Origin: Candidatus Bathyarchaeota archaeon
GTDB taxonomy: Archaea > Thermoproteota > Bathyarchaeia > Bathyarchaeales > Bathycorpusculaceae
NCBI GenBank assembly: GCA_963775895.1
Contig: CAVZKL010000011.1
Span: 50,873 to 114,872, forward strand
Length of the DNA: 64,000 nt
Direction: 5' to 3'
The notes below the pieces were generated by a model. It did not search any database. It had not been told where the DNA came from and saw nothing but the letters and a program-made list of their open reading frames with translations. The position numbers and the translations under genes are program-made. This document shows, piece by piece, positions 1-10,421 of this stretch. Position 1 is the first letter of the stretch. Each line of letters starts with the position of its first letter.

Positions 1-519
1 TTCTAGCTTATCAATTCCATAAGCCAAACAGGCCGCAGTGGGTTCGTTAATGATTCTTGCAACCTCAAAGCCAGCTATTTCACCTGCGTCTTTTGTGGCT
101 TGGCGCTGGTTGTCGTTGAAGTGCGCTGGAACCGTTATCACGGCCTTCCTCATGGTTGTGCCCAAATAGGTTTCAGCGTCTTTCTTTATCTTCTGCAGTA
201 TGAACGCAGATATCTGCTGGGGACTGTACTCCTTTCCGGCGATTTTGACTTTATAGTCGGTTCCCATCTTCCTCTTGATTTCGAAAATGGTTCCTTCAGG
301 GTTTGCCGTTGCCTGCCTTTTTGCAGATTCACCCACCAAAAGCGTTCCGTCTTTTGTGAAGGCTACGACCGAAGGAAACATCTTGCCGGCCATCGTCGGT
401 CCTTCAGCGCTTGGAATGACGGTTGCTCGACCGCCCTCGTATATTGCGGCTGCCGAGTTTGTTGTCCCCAAGTCTATGCCTAGGATTTTTTCTCCTGATT
501 TGACGTTACTCATATTCAT
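1..519 (-). CDS. dnaK: Chaperone DnaK (Hsp70), N-terminal part; continues past the window edge
   Basis: Manual translation gives [22 protein letters not shown]...[21 protein letters not shown]...RIINEPTAA; start overlaps the grpE stop (ATGA). Not in the ORF track. Confidence 0.97.
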   Translation of the reverse strand, partial: MNMSNVKSGEKILGIDLGTTNSAAAIYEGGRATVIPSAEGPTMAGKMFPSVVAFTKDGTLLVGESAKRQATANPEGTIFEIKRKMGTDYKVKIAGKEYSPQQISAFILQKIKKDAETYLGTTMRKAVITVPAHFNDNQRQATKDAGEIAGFEVARIINEPTAACLAYGIDKLE

Positions 520-1047
520 TCATCTCCTTCTTTTGAATTTGAAGGTTGTACCACAATCTTAACTATGCTCGGTCTAATCACCTTTTCTCTCATGGTATAA
601 CCTTTTCTGACCTCTTCGATTATTCTGCATCCATCAACGCCTTCATCTTCCGTTTTTGCTACGGCAGTTGTGTTTTGAAGGGTCAAATGGTTCTCCAACG
701 CACTTTATGGGAGAGACGCCCTCATTCTCCAGTATTTTCTTGAGTTTTTTGAGTGTCATTTTCACTCCTTGAACAAGTGCTTCCGACGAGTCCGACGACT
801 CGGTGCTTTGTACGGCCAGTTCTAGTTCATCAACTACATCCAACAGTTCAGTCACGATGCGTTCGTTGCTGTATTCTCTTACTTCATCCAACTGTCGCTC
901 ATATCTTTTCTTCAAGTTCTCAAGATCAGCCCTTGCATACTTTAGCTGTGTCAGATATTCTTCTGAGCGTTTCTTCTCTTTTTCAAGTGTACTCTCAAGT
1001 GACTCGAAATCTTCGGTCTTTGGTTTTTCTTCTGGCATTTCGTCCAT
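516..1047 (-). CDS. grpE: Nucleotide exchange factor GrpE (frameshift near 660-700)
   Basis: ORF 643..1047 ([15 protein letters not shown]) joins ORF 516..698 ([15 protein letters not shown]); directly upstream of dnaK. Confidence 0.95.
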
Positions 1048-1521
1048 TCAATAATCCTCGCACAAAGTGCTGGTTTTCTAGCGTACTCAAACAGGCATAT
1101 ATACATTAGTGCCGATGCTGCGAGGGATCGATCGAAGTCCGGTTTGGATTCTGCTCCAGATGACGGTCGTTGTCGTTGCGGAAGAGCAATGCAACGTGGA
1201 AAAAGGTGGAAGAGCGCCTATCTATCCTGATCGTTCACCACCCTGATTATACTCTGAGGTGTGTCAAACCTGGTCAATGCTTGACGCGCGCTGCATGCAG
1301 GTTTGCCCCGTTTGGAGTTGCATCGAGATGCGCTCAAAACAACACTAGGCGATCCCCAAAACTCAATTCTATTGTTATTAGCTGTCGTTCCCTTCCTAAA
1401 CGGGCAACTACATGGACGAGAGAGAATTCGTAGAAACCAACGGAAGATTTCTTTTGATCTGTTTCTGAAGGCGAAAAAGTCATTAGGGCTGCAAGAGCAC
1501 TTACACTTGGGGTGACGCTGG

Positions 1522-2508
1522 TTGGTTTCGTTAAGATCTTTGGCGCCTTCTCTGACTCGGATCACCGTGGCTGCCGCCGTTGGAGCTGCTCTTCACATTG
1601 GGCAAGGTGACTCAGACCTGGTAGATGCGAAGGCCGTGGAGTTTTCTCGAGCGGTTCTGGCTCAGACAGATGTCGAAGGTGAAGTCATTGCTTGTGAAGG
1701 ACCGAAGGACAACGCCCCGGCTTTCCTTCGAAGAGAGAAGGTCGGTACGGGAAAAGGACCCAAAGTGGAGTTCGTTATTGACCCGGTTGACGGTACGACC
1801 GCTACTTCAAAGGGGAGGAAGGACGCTATTTCTGCGCTTGCGTGTGCGCCAGCTGGTTGTTTTCAGGTTCTGCCTGATGATGGCTACTATTACAAAGTTG
1901 TTACTGATCGTAGTTCGCGCGGGAAATTGTCTTTGGAAATGTCAGCGGAGGAGATCGTGCGCACCGTTGCCCGTGAAAAAGGTTTGCGTTTGGAGAACTT
2001 CACCGTCATCATGCTTGAACGGGAAAGGCACGCGGAGATCTTGCGGTGTCTCAGGAAGATGGGTGTGCGGATCATTCTTATTCCTGACGGTGACATTGCG
2101 GGTGCGGTTGTCACTTGTAGGCAGGGTTCGGGCGTGGACCTTCTGATCGGTGCAGGTGCTGGGCCGGAAGCGACGATAGCTGCGACGGCGATCAAGTGTC
2201 TGGGCGGCACGATGCTTGTGAAGGTTTGGCGTGACGCGAAGGATGATCCCAAAAGGCCCGAGAGATTGGCGCTTGAGGGGGTCGATATGGAGAAGACTTA
2301 CTGTGAGAGCGAGTTGGCTAAGGGGGATGAGCTTGTGTTTGCGGCTTCAGGAGTGACTAAGGGTGAACTGTTGGACGGCGTGCGTTTCGTTCCTGAAGGA
2401 GCCGTCGTCAATTCGTTGTGTATGCGCTTGCCAAGCGGAACGGTTGAAAGGTCTGAGGCGACTCTTCGATTCAAGGGACATCCTATCTACAAGCATTTCG
2501 TGATGTAA
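1522..2508 (+). CDS. glpX: Fructose-1,6-bisphosphatase class II (GlpX family)
   Basis: IDPVDGT, RERH, LIPDGDIAG, GAGPE and FAASGVT motifs. Confidence 0.9.
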   Translation: MVSLRSLAPSLTRITVAAAVGAALHIGQGDSDLVDAKAVEFSRAVLAQTDVEGEVIACEGPKDNAPAFLRREKVGTGKGPKVEFVIDPVDGTTATSKGRKDAISALACAPAGCFQVLPDDGYYYKVVTDRSSRGKLSLEMSAEEIVRTVAREKGLRLENFTVIMLERERHAEILRCLRKMGVRIILIPDGDIAGAVVTCRQGSGVDLLIGAGAGPEATIAATAIKCLGGTMLVKVWRDAKDDPKRPERLALEGVDMEKTYCESELAKGDELVFAASGVTKGELLDGVRFVPEGAVVNSLCMRLPSGTVERSEATLRFKGHPIYKHFVM

Positions 2509-2530
2509 ACGACTTTGGACGGTGGTTTGC

Positions 2531-2680
2531 TTGACTGAAAAGACGACGACTTTACCGTGCGGGTGCAAGTATCAAGATATGGGTTTCATGGTCGTGCGTG
2601 TCTTCGAGTGTGAGAATCACAGGCAGAAACGCACGCGTAAGCGACCGTATAGGCCTAAGGCTGAGTGTGTGAGACCCTAG
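2531..2680 (+). CDS. Small 49-aa Cys/His-rich protein, possible Zn-binding microprotein
   Basis: TTG start preceded by GGTGG; MTEKTTTLPCGCKYQDMGFMVVRVFECENHRQKRTRKRPYRPKAECVRP; fills the gap after glpX. Confidence 0.55.
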   Translation: MTEKTTTLPCGCKYQDMGFMVVRVFECENHRQKRTRKRPYRPKAECVRP

Positions 2681-2690
2681 CGCGTCCCAG

Positions 2691-3062
2691 TCAGGTCTTG
2701 GCTAACTCTTCCTTCATTTTTTCTTCCAACGATTTTAGCTGCCCGTGGCTGGCGTAGGTGATCTTCGTGTTGAGCCTGACGTCTAAACCCAATTTCTTGA
2801 GGAAAAAGAAGAGTTCTTCTCCTGTTACTTCCGTCAGTCTGCCGGATGAGCCGAGTTTCACGAGGACGTCCTTGATCTTGTTCATGGCATCGGGGAACTG
2901 TTGACTTGCAATGTTGAACACTTCCCAGGCTCTGTCTTTGAAGATTCTGTTTAGCACTTGTTCGGCGTTGATGACTTCTGGCTTGTTTTCTTTTGCAATT
3001 AGTTTTCTTTGGTATTCGCGCAGTTTTTTCTGTCTGATTGCGGCTAGTTCCCGGTCGCTCAT
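2691..3062 (-). CDS. PDCD5/TFAR19-like double-stranded DNA-binding protein
   Basis: N-terminal ELAAIRQKKLRE motif, DRAWE, 123 aa. Confidence 0.75.
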   Translation of the reverse strand: MSDRELAAIRQKKLREYQRKLIAKENKPEVINAEQVLNRIFKDRAWEVFNIASQQFPDAMNKIKDVLVKLGSSGRLTEVTGEELFFFLKKLGLDVRLNTKITYASHGQLKSLEEKMKEELAKT

Positions 3063-3322
3063 AGCGGGGTAGTAATGATCAACGAATTGATAAACATTCT
3101 TTTGATCAGCGTGCTTTCGATCTGGGCTGGGAGCGGAGCAACTTTTAGGGTTTATTCGCTGAAAAAAAGCTTATTGTGTACCTCCCCTCCTCGGTTTCAA
3201 TGTATCATGAATATTAGGATCCAAATATGCACGCGTGCGGGGTCTTCGATTTGACATACTCATGTGGTTTGACGCGCGGAAGAGGGGCGTTAGGTGGTGC
3301 GAAAGCACGCAGTTGTTTATTT

Positions 3323-5236
3323 TTATGAATTGTGGGCGTCTTTGGGCGTTCTACCCCGATCGACTAGTTCCTTGCTGACCAGTGGGAATCTGTTCATGTC
3401 CTTGTGTGGGATGAACAGTGCTTCAGCGAATTCTCTGCTGAAGTCGGGGGTAGCTGCCAGCTCGAGGTATCGAATCTCTTTTGACAACTGCTCGGCGGTT
3501 TTTCTAGTTTCTTTCGAGACCAATGCCATCTTCGCGCCTTCCACCGCTGTGTTGCCCACGAATTCTATTCTTTTTGTGGGCACGTCAGGTACCAATCCTA
3601 GCAATTTTGCGTTTTGGGGATTGATGTAGTTGCCGAAGTTTCCAGCGATGAGAATCTTGGCGAGATTTTGTCTCTCAAGGTTTTTGGTTTTCATGAGCAG
3701 GGAACAGCCAGTGAATATTGCGGCCTTCGCGAGCTGTATCTCTCCGATATCCCTCTGCGTGATCACGATCTCTTTTCCGGTTGCGGTCTCACCTGCCCAA
3801 GCGACGATAAATTCTGTTTGATTGCCCACTTTCTTCAGTCGGCGTGTCTTCACGCGTGGATTGATTCTTCCTTTCGAATCTATTATTTCCAGCTTGAACA
3901 TTTCAGCGACGAGGTCGATCATTGCTGATCCGCAGAGACCCTTCGGTTTGGCATTTCCAATCGTTTTGAACCCAACTTCGAAGTCAGGCTCTAGGTGGAC
4001 GCTTTCTATGGCTCCGGTTTCCGCTTTCATCCCATGCTTGATTCTGGCTCCCTCAAAGGCAGGGCCAGACGCACATGAGCATGTTGCTATGTCTTTGAAG
4101 TTGCCAACGAAAACCTCGGTGTTCGTTCCTATATCTATTAGCATTGATGTCTTTTTCAATCCGTAAAAAGCGGTTGCTATGACATCTGCAACTGCGTCTG
4201 CTCCTACGAAGCCAGCGATAATCGGCAGAAAACTGCAGATACCGTTTGGGTTTATTTCAACCTGAAGCTCTTTTGCACGCACGTCCAAAGAGCTTTTTAT
4301 CGCGGGCACGTATGGCGACAAGGCTGTGTATTTCGGCTGAATTCCCAGACATAGATGGTGCATCGCCGTGTTGCCAACCAGAACGGCTTCATAGACTTGA
4401 TGCACGTCAACCTTGGCCTTTGCGCACGCTTGTTTTAGGACTTTGTTTATTCCTTCCACGACGGCTTTTCTTAGTGTCTGACGGTTGGTTTCGCTTTCCA
4501 TCGCGAAGGCGATCCGCGTTACTATGTCGGCCCCGTATGGCAGTTGAGGATTTTCGATGTAACCCGTGCTGAGAGTCTTTCCTGTTGTCAAGTCCACGAG
4601 GTGCCCAACCACTTTTGAGGTGCCAATGTCAACAGCAAATCCGAACAGCTTGCGTCCAGTGTCACCTGTTTCAACTGCGACGATTCTGTCACTGTCCCAA
4701 ACTGCGACCGTGACGTCCCAGCCTGCGTCGCGCAGAATGTCTGGCAACTTCCTCAAAATGTCACATTCTATGGTCAAGTTACTGAGCTTATGCGAGTCTG
4801 ACAAAGCTTCAAGGAGTCTCTCAAAGTCAGGCCTTACGTCGGACAGAGAAGGTTCATCCAGTTTAACGTGGAACTTTCTGACCAAGGGGTTCAGAGTTGT
4901 TTGTTTTTCCGTGCCGTGCGTCAAGATCCTTCGCTCGCCGATTCTGGTTTCTTTTGGAATCAGAACGGTGATGTCTTGCTTTGGAAACGTCTGACATGCC
5001 AGTCTGTACCCCGACCTCAATTCGCGGGGTGAAAAATGTTTGCTCTCAGCTTCTTCTGGTTCACCTATCGCATCCTTATTTTGCACGATGACCCTGCACT
5101 TTCCGCAAATTCCGTTTCCTCCGCATTCCGCCCTTAATGCGACACCACCTTCGATAGCTGCGTTTAGAACGTTCGTACCCTGCCTAACGTTTACTTTGCC
5201 TCCGACAGGACTAAAAGCAATAGTGATCGAAGCCAT
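3323..5236 (-). CDS. RACo/RamA-type ATP-dependent reductive activator of corrinoid proteins (2Fe-2S + ASKHA, DUF4445)
   Basis: CGGNGICGKC...RLAC ferredoxin; DIGT, GNTAM, DIGTNTE, GPAFEG, GLCGS, QLAKAAI. Confidence 0.92.
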   Translation of the reverse strand: MASITIAFSPVGGKVNVRQGTNVLNAAIEGGVALRAECGGNGICGKCRVIVQNKDAIGEPEEAESKHFSPRELRSGYRLACQTFPKQDITVLIPKETRIGERRILTHGTEKQTTLNPLVRKFHVKLDEPSLSDVRPDFERLLEALSDSHKLSNLTIECDILRKLPDILRDAGWDVTVAVWDSDRIVAVETGDTGRKLFGFAVDIGTSKVVGHLVDLTTGKTLSTGYIENPQLPYGADIVTRIAFAMESETNRQTLRKAVVEGINKVLKQACAKAKVDVHQVYEAVLVGNTAMHHLCLGIQPKYTALSPYVPAIKSSLDVRAKELQVEINPNGICSFLPIIAGFVGADAVADVIATAFYGLKKTSMLIDIGTNTEVFVGNFKDIATCSCASGPAFEGARIKHGMKAETGAIESVHLEPDFEVGFKTIGNAKPKGLCGSAMIDLVAEMFKLEIIDSKGRINPRVKTRRLKKVGNQTEFIVAWAGETATGKEIVITQRDIGEIQLAKAAIFTGCSLLMKTKNLERQNLAKILIAGNFGNYINPQNAKLLGLVPDVPTKRIEFVGNTAVEGAKMALVSKETRKTAEQLSKEIRYLELAATPDFSREFAEALFIPHKDMNRFPLVSKELVDRGRTPKDAHNS

Positions 5237-5530
5237 AGTTCATTGGGCCCTCAAATTCGACTCGATTCGCCAAGGCATGCGCGCCTGCCTCTTTTGTCTT
5301 AGGTTCAGGTTTAATTAGTTTTCTCAGCAGTTTCTCCTTGTTAGCGCGCGCTCGACCTTACCTATGTTTGAAGTAAATAACTATATTAGAATACATGTCC
5401 ATCGCAACAGGCACGTTGGATCATAAACACAACTACGGTATTGCGTGTATCTGCGCGCACTGGATACGAGGACTCTTGATGAGCGTTAAACGATATATAG
5501 GTGAAGCCCTGAAATCGAAGAGCAGCGACA

Positions 5531-6637
5531 TTGACTCGCAAGAGCGTCGAGCTTGGCTGTGAAGGTATGAGTAAGGCTGTTCTTTACCAGGAACCAGGCG
5601 GACCGTCATATGAAGTCGATCTACCTCTGACATCTTTCGTAGATGTGGATGGCATAATGAAGGAACTTGGCTTGCCATCATACGTCGACTTAGACTATTT
5701 TCCGATGCGAAGCGCTATCGTGACAATCTGGGCTTGCCAGAAAGCACCCGAACTCCACAGACTGTATCCTACGGTGTATGAAAAAGAAGTTGACAAAAAA
5801 ACCATTCCAGCATTGCTTTTCGGCGGGGCCGCAATGAAGGTTTGCTGCGAACATTCTAATGGGAAAGGAGCCCTTTCGAGGTCAATAAAAGATGTCGACT
5901 TCATAGTTCCTAAGAATCAAGGTTCCAATTTCTCCAGACTGCTCTTGGGCATGAAGAATGCCTTCGGAACGGAGTTCACATATTTCAAGACCAAGGGAGA
6001 TGCACTCTTCATCGCCATGCGACAAGGTGAAAGATACAGAGTTAGAACAATAAACGGCCTCACCCCCAATGGACTTCCAACCGTCACGGTTCTCGACATT
6101 TTTTGCGATTCCATAGATTTGCGTCATAAAATAGAAGTGAAGGACAGCTTCGAGCACAGCCGGGAGAATTTATACACCATAGGCTTAGAATATCTCATAC
6201 TCTCGAAATCACAGTTCATTATGGACGCCTCCAAGAGCGATGTTGCCGCTTTGCTTGAAGAACGTGGACAAGGGTTTAGAATTCTGCCATGTCCGTGGTA
6301 TGCTTCGGACAGGATCGTCTTAGGTATGGAAGAGAAAGATATCAAAGATGTCTGCTCAATTTTCGTTGATCATGCTGTAGGGGAAGGAAAGGGAGAAATC
6401 AGCCAGAGTAAGATACGCAAAGTTCTGGACAAGAACAAGAAGCTTCTCTTGACGATTACTCTTAACCTTCAAAATATGGCGGCAAGAACTGAGCTGCTTG
6501 GGAAGTGGTTGGCAGCTGCGGATACTACGAAGGTTGTGGATAGGATTAATTCCCTCTTGGCAGGATTGCCTAAGGTTGATAAGAAATGGGACAAGCCTTG
6601 GTGGAACACCGCTGTAGAAACTCCACTAATCGGGTAG
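5531..6637 (+). CDS. Uncharacterised Pol-beta/DUF1814-like nucleotidyltransferase (paralog 1, N-terminally extended; start may be ATG 5567)
   Basis: LFGGAA...RSIKDVDF, LDIFCD, LSKSQ, KDIKD; similar to 10422..11327 and 58428..59171. Confidence 0.7.
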   Translation: MTRKSVELGCEGMSKAVLYQEPGGPSYEVDLPLTSFVDVDGIMKELGLPSYVDLDYFPMRSAIVTIWACQKAPELHRLYPTVYEKEVDKKTIPALLFGGAAMKVCCEHSNGKGALSRSIKDVDFIVPKNQGSNFSRLLLGMKNAFGTEFTYFKTKGDALFIAMRQGERYRVRTINGLTPNGLPTVTVLDIFCDSIDLRHKIEVKDSFEHSRENLYTIGLEYLILSKSQFIMDASKSDVAALLEERGQGFRILPCPWYASDRIVLGMEEKDIKDVCSIFVDHAVGEGKGEISQSKIRKVLDKNKKLLLTITLNLQNMAARTELLGKWLAAADTTKVVDRINSLLAGLPKVDKKWDKPWWNTAVETPLIG

Positions 6638-6641
6638 CTGC

Positions 6642-7528
6642 CTATTTCTTCACGAATTGTTTGACTGCCTCGTATGCTTCTCTTCTTGACACGCCTGCTC
6701 TTGATAGGGGCAGATCAAATGTCTCGTCTTTTGAGTGTAGTCTTAGGCAAGTTTCATGCTTCGGCGTAATGTAGATCGTTACGTCCGAGTAATTTGACCA
6801 TTTGCGTTCCTTCACTTTCGTTCCTTCCTTAACCTGGAAGCCTTTGCTGGTCAACGTCAAGGTGGTATGGAAGCGTGACTTGTAGATCTGGTAGGCGATT
6901 ATGAGGCAAAAGCTGGCCATGAACAAGACCGTAATGGGGTTGAGAGCTTGGGGCAATCCGGACAACCCGATCACCAATAACGCTATGAACCCGAAGAAGA
7001 GTACAATCGTGAAGCTCTTCAGATAACTGATGAGATCGAAGACCTCAAACTGCGCCTCGTTCAGCTTCAGGTGCTTAGCGAGACCTTTTCCCAGCACATT
7101 GTCGGAGAAAATCTTGTCTTTTGAAGCAAGACTGAAAGCTGCAATGCCTATGTTCTTTTCGGTGAGGCCCGTAACTGTCTCCTTCATTTTGCCCTCGAAA
7201 GGTTGGCTCTGAACCAGACCCAAAAACACCCAGTCGTCTTGCCGAATTTGCTCTTGAGCATAAGAATGATTTTCCTCAAAAACTTTGGATCTATATCTGG
7301 GTTCGTGTAAAGCAGAAAATGGATGTTATATTTGGGTGTTACGAAGACTGAGTATATTCTTGATAGAAAAAACCCTTTCTCTCGCAGGCTTCCTGTGGCA
7401 TATAAGGGAAAAACCGTGTCACCCATTGCATAGTCTCTGTGGATCTCGTCGAAGTTAGCCAGCCATCTTAGGCTACCCTTAGCTAACTGCTCCTCAACCA
7501 TGTCTTCAATGAAGTCTAGTTCAAGCAT
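6642..7528 (-). CDS. Hypothetical membrane protein (soluble N-domain, 2 TM helices, PH-like C-domain); frameshift near 7235
   Basis: ORFs 7184..7528 and 6642..7229 overlap and join as ...KSKFGK/DDWVFLGLV...; follows the APC gene on the same strand. Confidence 0.65.
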
Positions 7529-7597
7529 TCTGGATACACCGAGTTTTCAATGTCAATAGGCAATGTTAACAAATAAAAAGGGGGAGGATATTTAAGG

Positions 7598-9313
7598 CTA
7601 TTCTGGTGGAATGTTTAGGTAGAGCGTATGCATGTCGACGCCTTTTGTCGTGTTGCGGTACATGTGGTAGATATACAACAGTAGCCCAGCAAAGATGAAG
7701 ATGAAGAAGCCTGCCGCGCTTGCCACATCGCCAGAGCTAGCGCCAGATGTAAACAGTGTCCACACCCATGGATTTGCCTTCGCGATGGTGTACAGAGTGA
7801 AGCCTGATCCCAGTGTTGCCAAGAATCCAATGCCGACGACAGTGCCCACCGAATGTTTGACAGCGGCTCTATCATAGATTTCACGTCTCTCCAATGGCAG
7901 CAGCATGCAGGACACGCAGAACATTGTCAAGAACATCGCGTCGAACAGGTCCGTTCCGCCCACTCCAGCAAATCCCATATAGTAGTCTAGTCTAAGATAG
8001 CCTGCTTCGACTCCGCACGCAGGGACTGCGAAGAGCGCAGTTATTATTATTGCCCAAACTGGTGAGTGCCATCTTTCGCTGACGTAGGAAAACCTTTCAG
8101 GCATCATTCGGTCAAATGACATGGCAAAGAAGGTTCTTGAAGCGACAAGAAGGAACGGTGGAATGTCGTTTGCGACCCAGAGCACGCCGCCTATTGCGAC
8201 GACGTATGAAAGAATTCCAACGTTCATGCCCCTTGCGATCATCGAGGCTATTCCTGTGCTCCATGCGCTCTGGAAGTTAGGAATAGCTGCCCTTGCTGCG
8301 GCTATGGTCATAGTCGCTCCTGCCGGCAATGTTGAAGGTGGATAACTGAGCCAAGCGTAGGCTTGGAAAAAGCTCCATTGATGTCCCGAAGCATCTATGT
8401 ATTGACCTACGTTCATAGCAGATATCGCGGAGAGTGATGAAGCAGCAAGATAGGTTACCATCACTATTAGTCCTGAAGTCACCAGTATCATTGGAAGTCT
8501 CTTGTTTGCTTCTTTGACTTCGCCTGCAATAAACGTCGTGGCATACCATCCCATGTATGCCCAGAAGGCTCCTAAAACAGCGACCGTGAAAGCGTCGAAG
8601 AATCCAGACGGGTTCAGTGTCATTCCGGTTCGCACTGCCAGAGCAGTGATTTGGTCTGGCGTCGCTCCCATCACTTGCTGAACTCCAGTCACAACAGCAC
8701 TCGGGTTCAATGCGCCTCCAATCCACATTGCAAAGAATACGAATGTCAACGCTGCCGGAATGTAGAACAACGCTTCGAGCAGTCTACCGTACAGTTTTGT
8801 GCCTAAGAGACCGAGAATTGCGAATATCCACACTATTGCAATACCGCCCCAGAAGAGTTCAGTTGAGCCGAAGCTTATCCCGTTTGGTGCCATTGCTATT
8901 CCAAAGAAGATCGAGATTCCTTCGAAGACTGCGACGCCGATGAGTCCATAGGAGAACGCTTCTGCGAGGAACATCATCCATCCTGACATGTAGCCAACGA
9001 CAGGGTGAATGACCCTTGAAATGGTGACGTAGCCACCGCCAGATCTTGGCATAGCAGCCGTGACATAGCCAGCAGCGTAGCCTGTGATGAGCACTACGAG
9101 GCCACAAACTAGGAACGCCCAGAATATCGCGGGTAGACCGAGCGGCATCATATCTGTAGGCATTGGACTTGGTCCGGTGAACTGGAAAGCTCTTTTTTGC
9201 CAGCCTAAGCCGATGACGTGGGTCAGGATTATGATTACGCCCAAACTAAAGCCGATTTCTCTTACGAGACCAGTTGCTTCTCTTGTAAAAAGTCCGGGTT
9301 TTGTCGATGCCAT
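7598..9313 (-). CDS. APC-superfamily amino acid/polyamine permease (copy 1)
   Basis: About 12 hydrophobic segments; FTREATGLVRE, MPRSGGGY, AGEVK, SRTFFAMSFDR; ends IPPE. Confidence 0.92.
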   Translation of the reverse strand: MASTKPGLFTREATGLVREIGFSLGVIIILTHVIGLGWQKRAFQFTGPSPMPTDMMPLGLPAIFWAFLVCGLVVLITGYAAGYVTAAMPRSGGGYVTISRVIHPVVGYMSGWMMFLAEAFSYGLIGVAVFEGISIFFGIAMAPNGISFGSTELFWGGIAIVWIFAILGLLGTKLYGRLLEALFYIPAALTFVFFAMWIGGALNPSAVVTGVQQVMGATPDQITALAVRTGMTLNPSGFFDAFTVAVLGAFWAYMGWYATTFIAGEVKEANKRLPMILVTSGLIVMVTYLAASSLSAISAMNVGQYIDASGHQWSFFQAYAWLSYPPSTLPAGATMTIAAARAAIPNFQSAWSTGIASMIARGMNVGILSYVVAIGGVLWVANDIPPFLLVASRTFFAMSFDRMMPERFSYVSERWHSPVWAIIITALFAVPACGVEAGYLRLDYYMGFAGVGGTDLFDAMFLTMFCVSCMLLPLERREIYDRAAVKHSVGTVVGIGFLATLGSGFTLYTIAKANPWVWTLFTSGASSGDVASAAGFFIFIFAGLLLYIYHMYRNTTKGVDMHTLYLNIPPE

Positions 9314-9433
9314 CTAGCATTACACCCAGTCTCAAATGTCTTAGCGCTAACAAGATTTAAAACTTTGCATGACGGCACATCTCTTAAATAGCTGCAACGA
9401 CAAAAAAGCACAGGAATTAATGGTGAACATGCT

Positions 9434-10408
9434 TTGAGTTTTCTGTTTGGAAAGAAAAAGGAAGGCACGACCAAAATTCTCTTCGCGACGGACATGCATG
9501 GATCCGAAGGAACTTGGCGGAAGTTTCTGAACGCTTCAACCATACTTAAGGTCGATTATGCCATTTGCGGCGGAGACCTGACAGGAAAGATGATAGTTCC
9601 AATTGTCGAGGGAAAGGATGGGAAATATGTTTATTATCTGATGGGCAAGACGCATACCGTTGACTCAGGCGGTCTAGAGAAAGCTTACAAGGATGTCAGA
9701 GGGATAGGATACTACCCCTACAAGACTGATGAAAAAGAATACGTAGAGATGACTGACAATCCCAAGAGAGTGGATGAGGTTTTCCACGAAGTCATGCTTT
9801 CGACCATAAATCGGTGGCTTGACCTTATTCCCGAGAAAGTCCCACGCGAAACAAAAGTCGTTGTTTGTCCCGGAAATGATGATAGATTTGATATTGACCA
9901 ACTGATTGATAGTCACGAGAGCGTGATCAACGGTGAGAGCAAAGTAATACAGATAGATGATACACATGAGATGGTAAGCTGTGGATGGGTGAACCCCAGT
10001 CCATGGAAGACAGCTCGCGAAGAAGAAGAGGACAAGCTTGAGCAACGTCTGGAGAAATACGTTTCCCAGTTGAAAAACGTGAAAACAGCGATATTCAACT
10101 TTCATGCTCCACCCTTCGAATCGAAACTAGATCAAGCACCTCTTCTCGACAACGAATTGAACCCGATTGTCCAAGGTGGAGCCGTGGTCATGGTTCCGGT
10201 CGGCTCCAAAGCTGTGAGGAAAATGATTGAAAAGTACCAACCTTTCCTGGGTTTGCATGGGCATATACATGAATCTTCAGGGTCAATGAAAATTGGCAAA
10301 ACGCATTGCGTCAACCCTGGTAGCGAGTATGCTGAAGGGATCATAAGGGCCTTCTTGATCGAGTTTCAAGGTGAGAAAATAATCAAACTTCAGAGGATGG
10401 AAGGCTGA
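9434..10408 (+). CDS. Calcineurin-like metallophosphoesterase, Icc-related (copy 1)
   Basis: DMHG, GGD, GNDD, FHAPP, HGHIHE, NPGS. Confidence 0.9.
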   Translation: MSFLFGKKKEGTTKILFATDMHGSEGTWRKFLNASTILKVDYAICGGDLTGKMIVPIVEGKDGKYVYYLMGKTHTVDSGGLEKAYKDVRGIGYYPYKTDEKEYVEMTDNPKRVDEVFHEVMLSTINRWLDLIPEKVPRETKVVVCPGNDDRFDIDQLIDSHESVINGESKVIQIDDTHEMVSCGWVNPSPWKTAREEEEDKLEQRLEKYVSQLKNVKTAIFNFHAPPFESKLDQAPLLDNELNPIVQGGAVVMVPVGSKAVRKMIEKYQPFLGLHGHIHESSGSMKIGKTHCVNPGSEYAEGIIRAFLIEFQGEKIIKLQRMEG

Positions 10409-10421
10409 GAGATAGTTATCC

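Noticed and set aside
1048-1521. Short ORFs or a tRNA between grpE and glpX
   Set aside because: No cloverleaf and no recognisable protein motifs.
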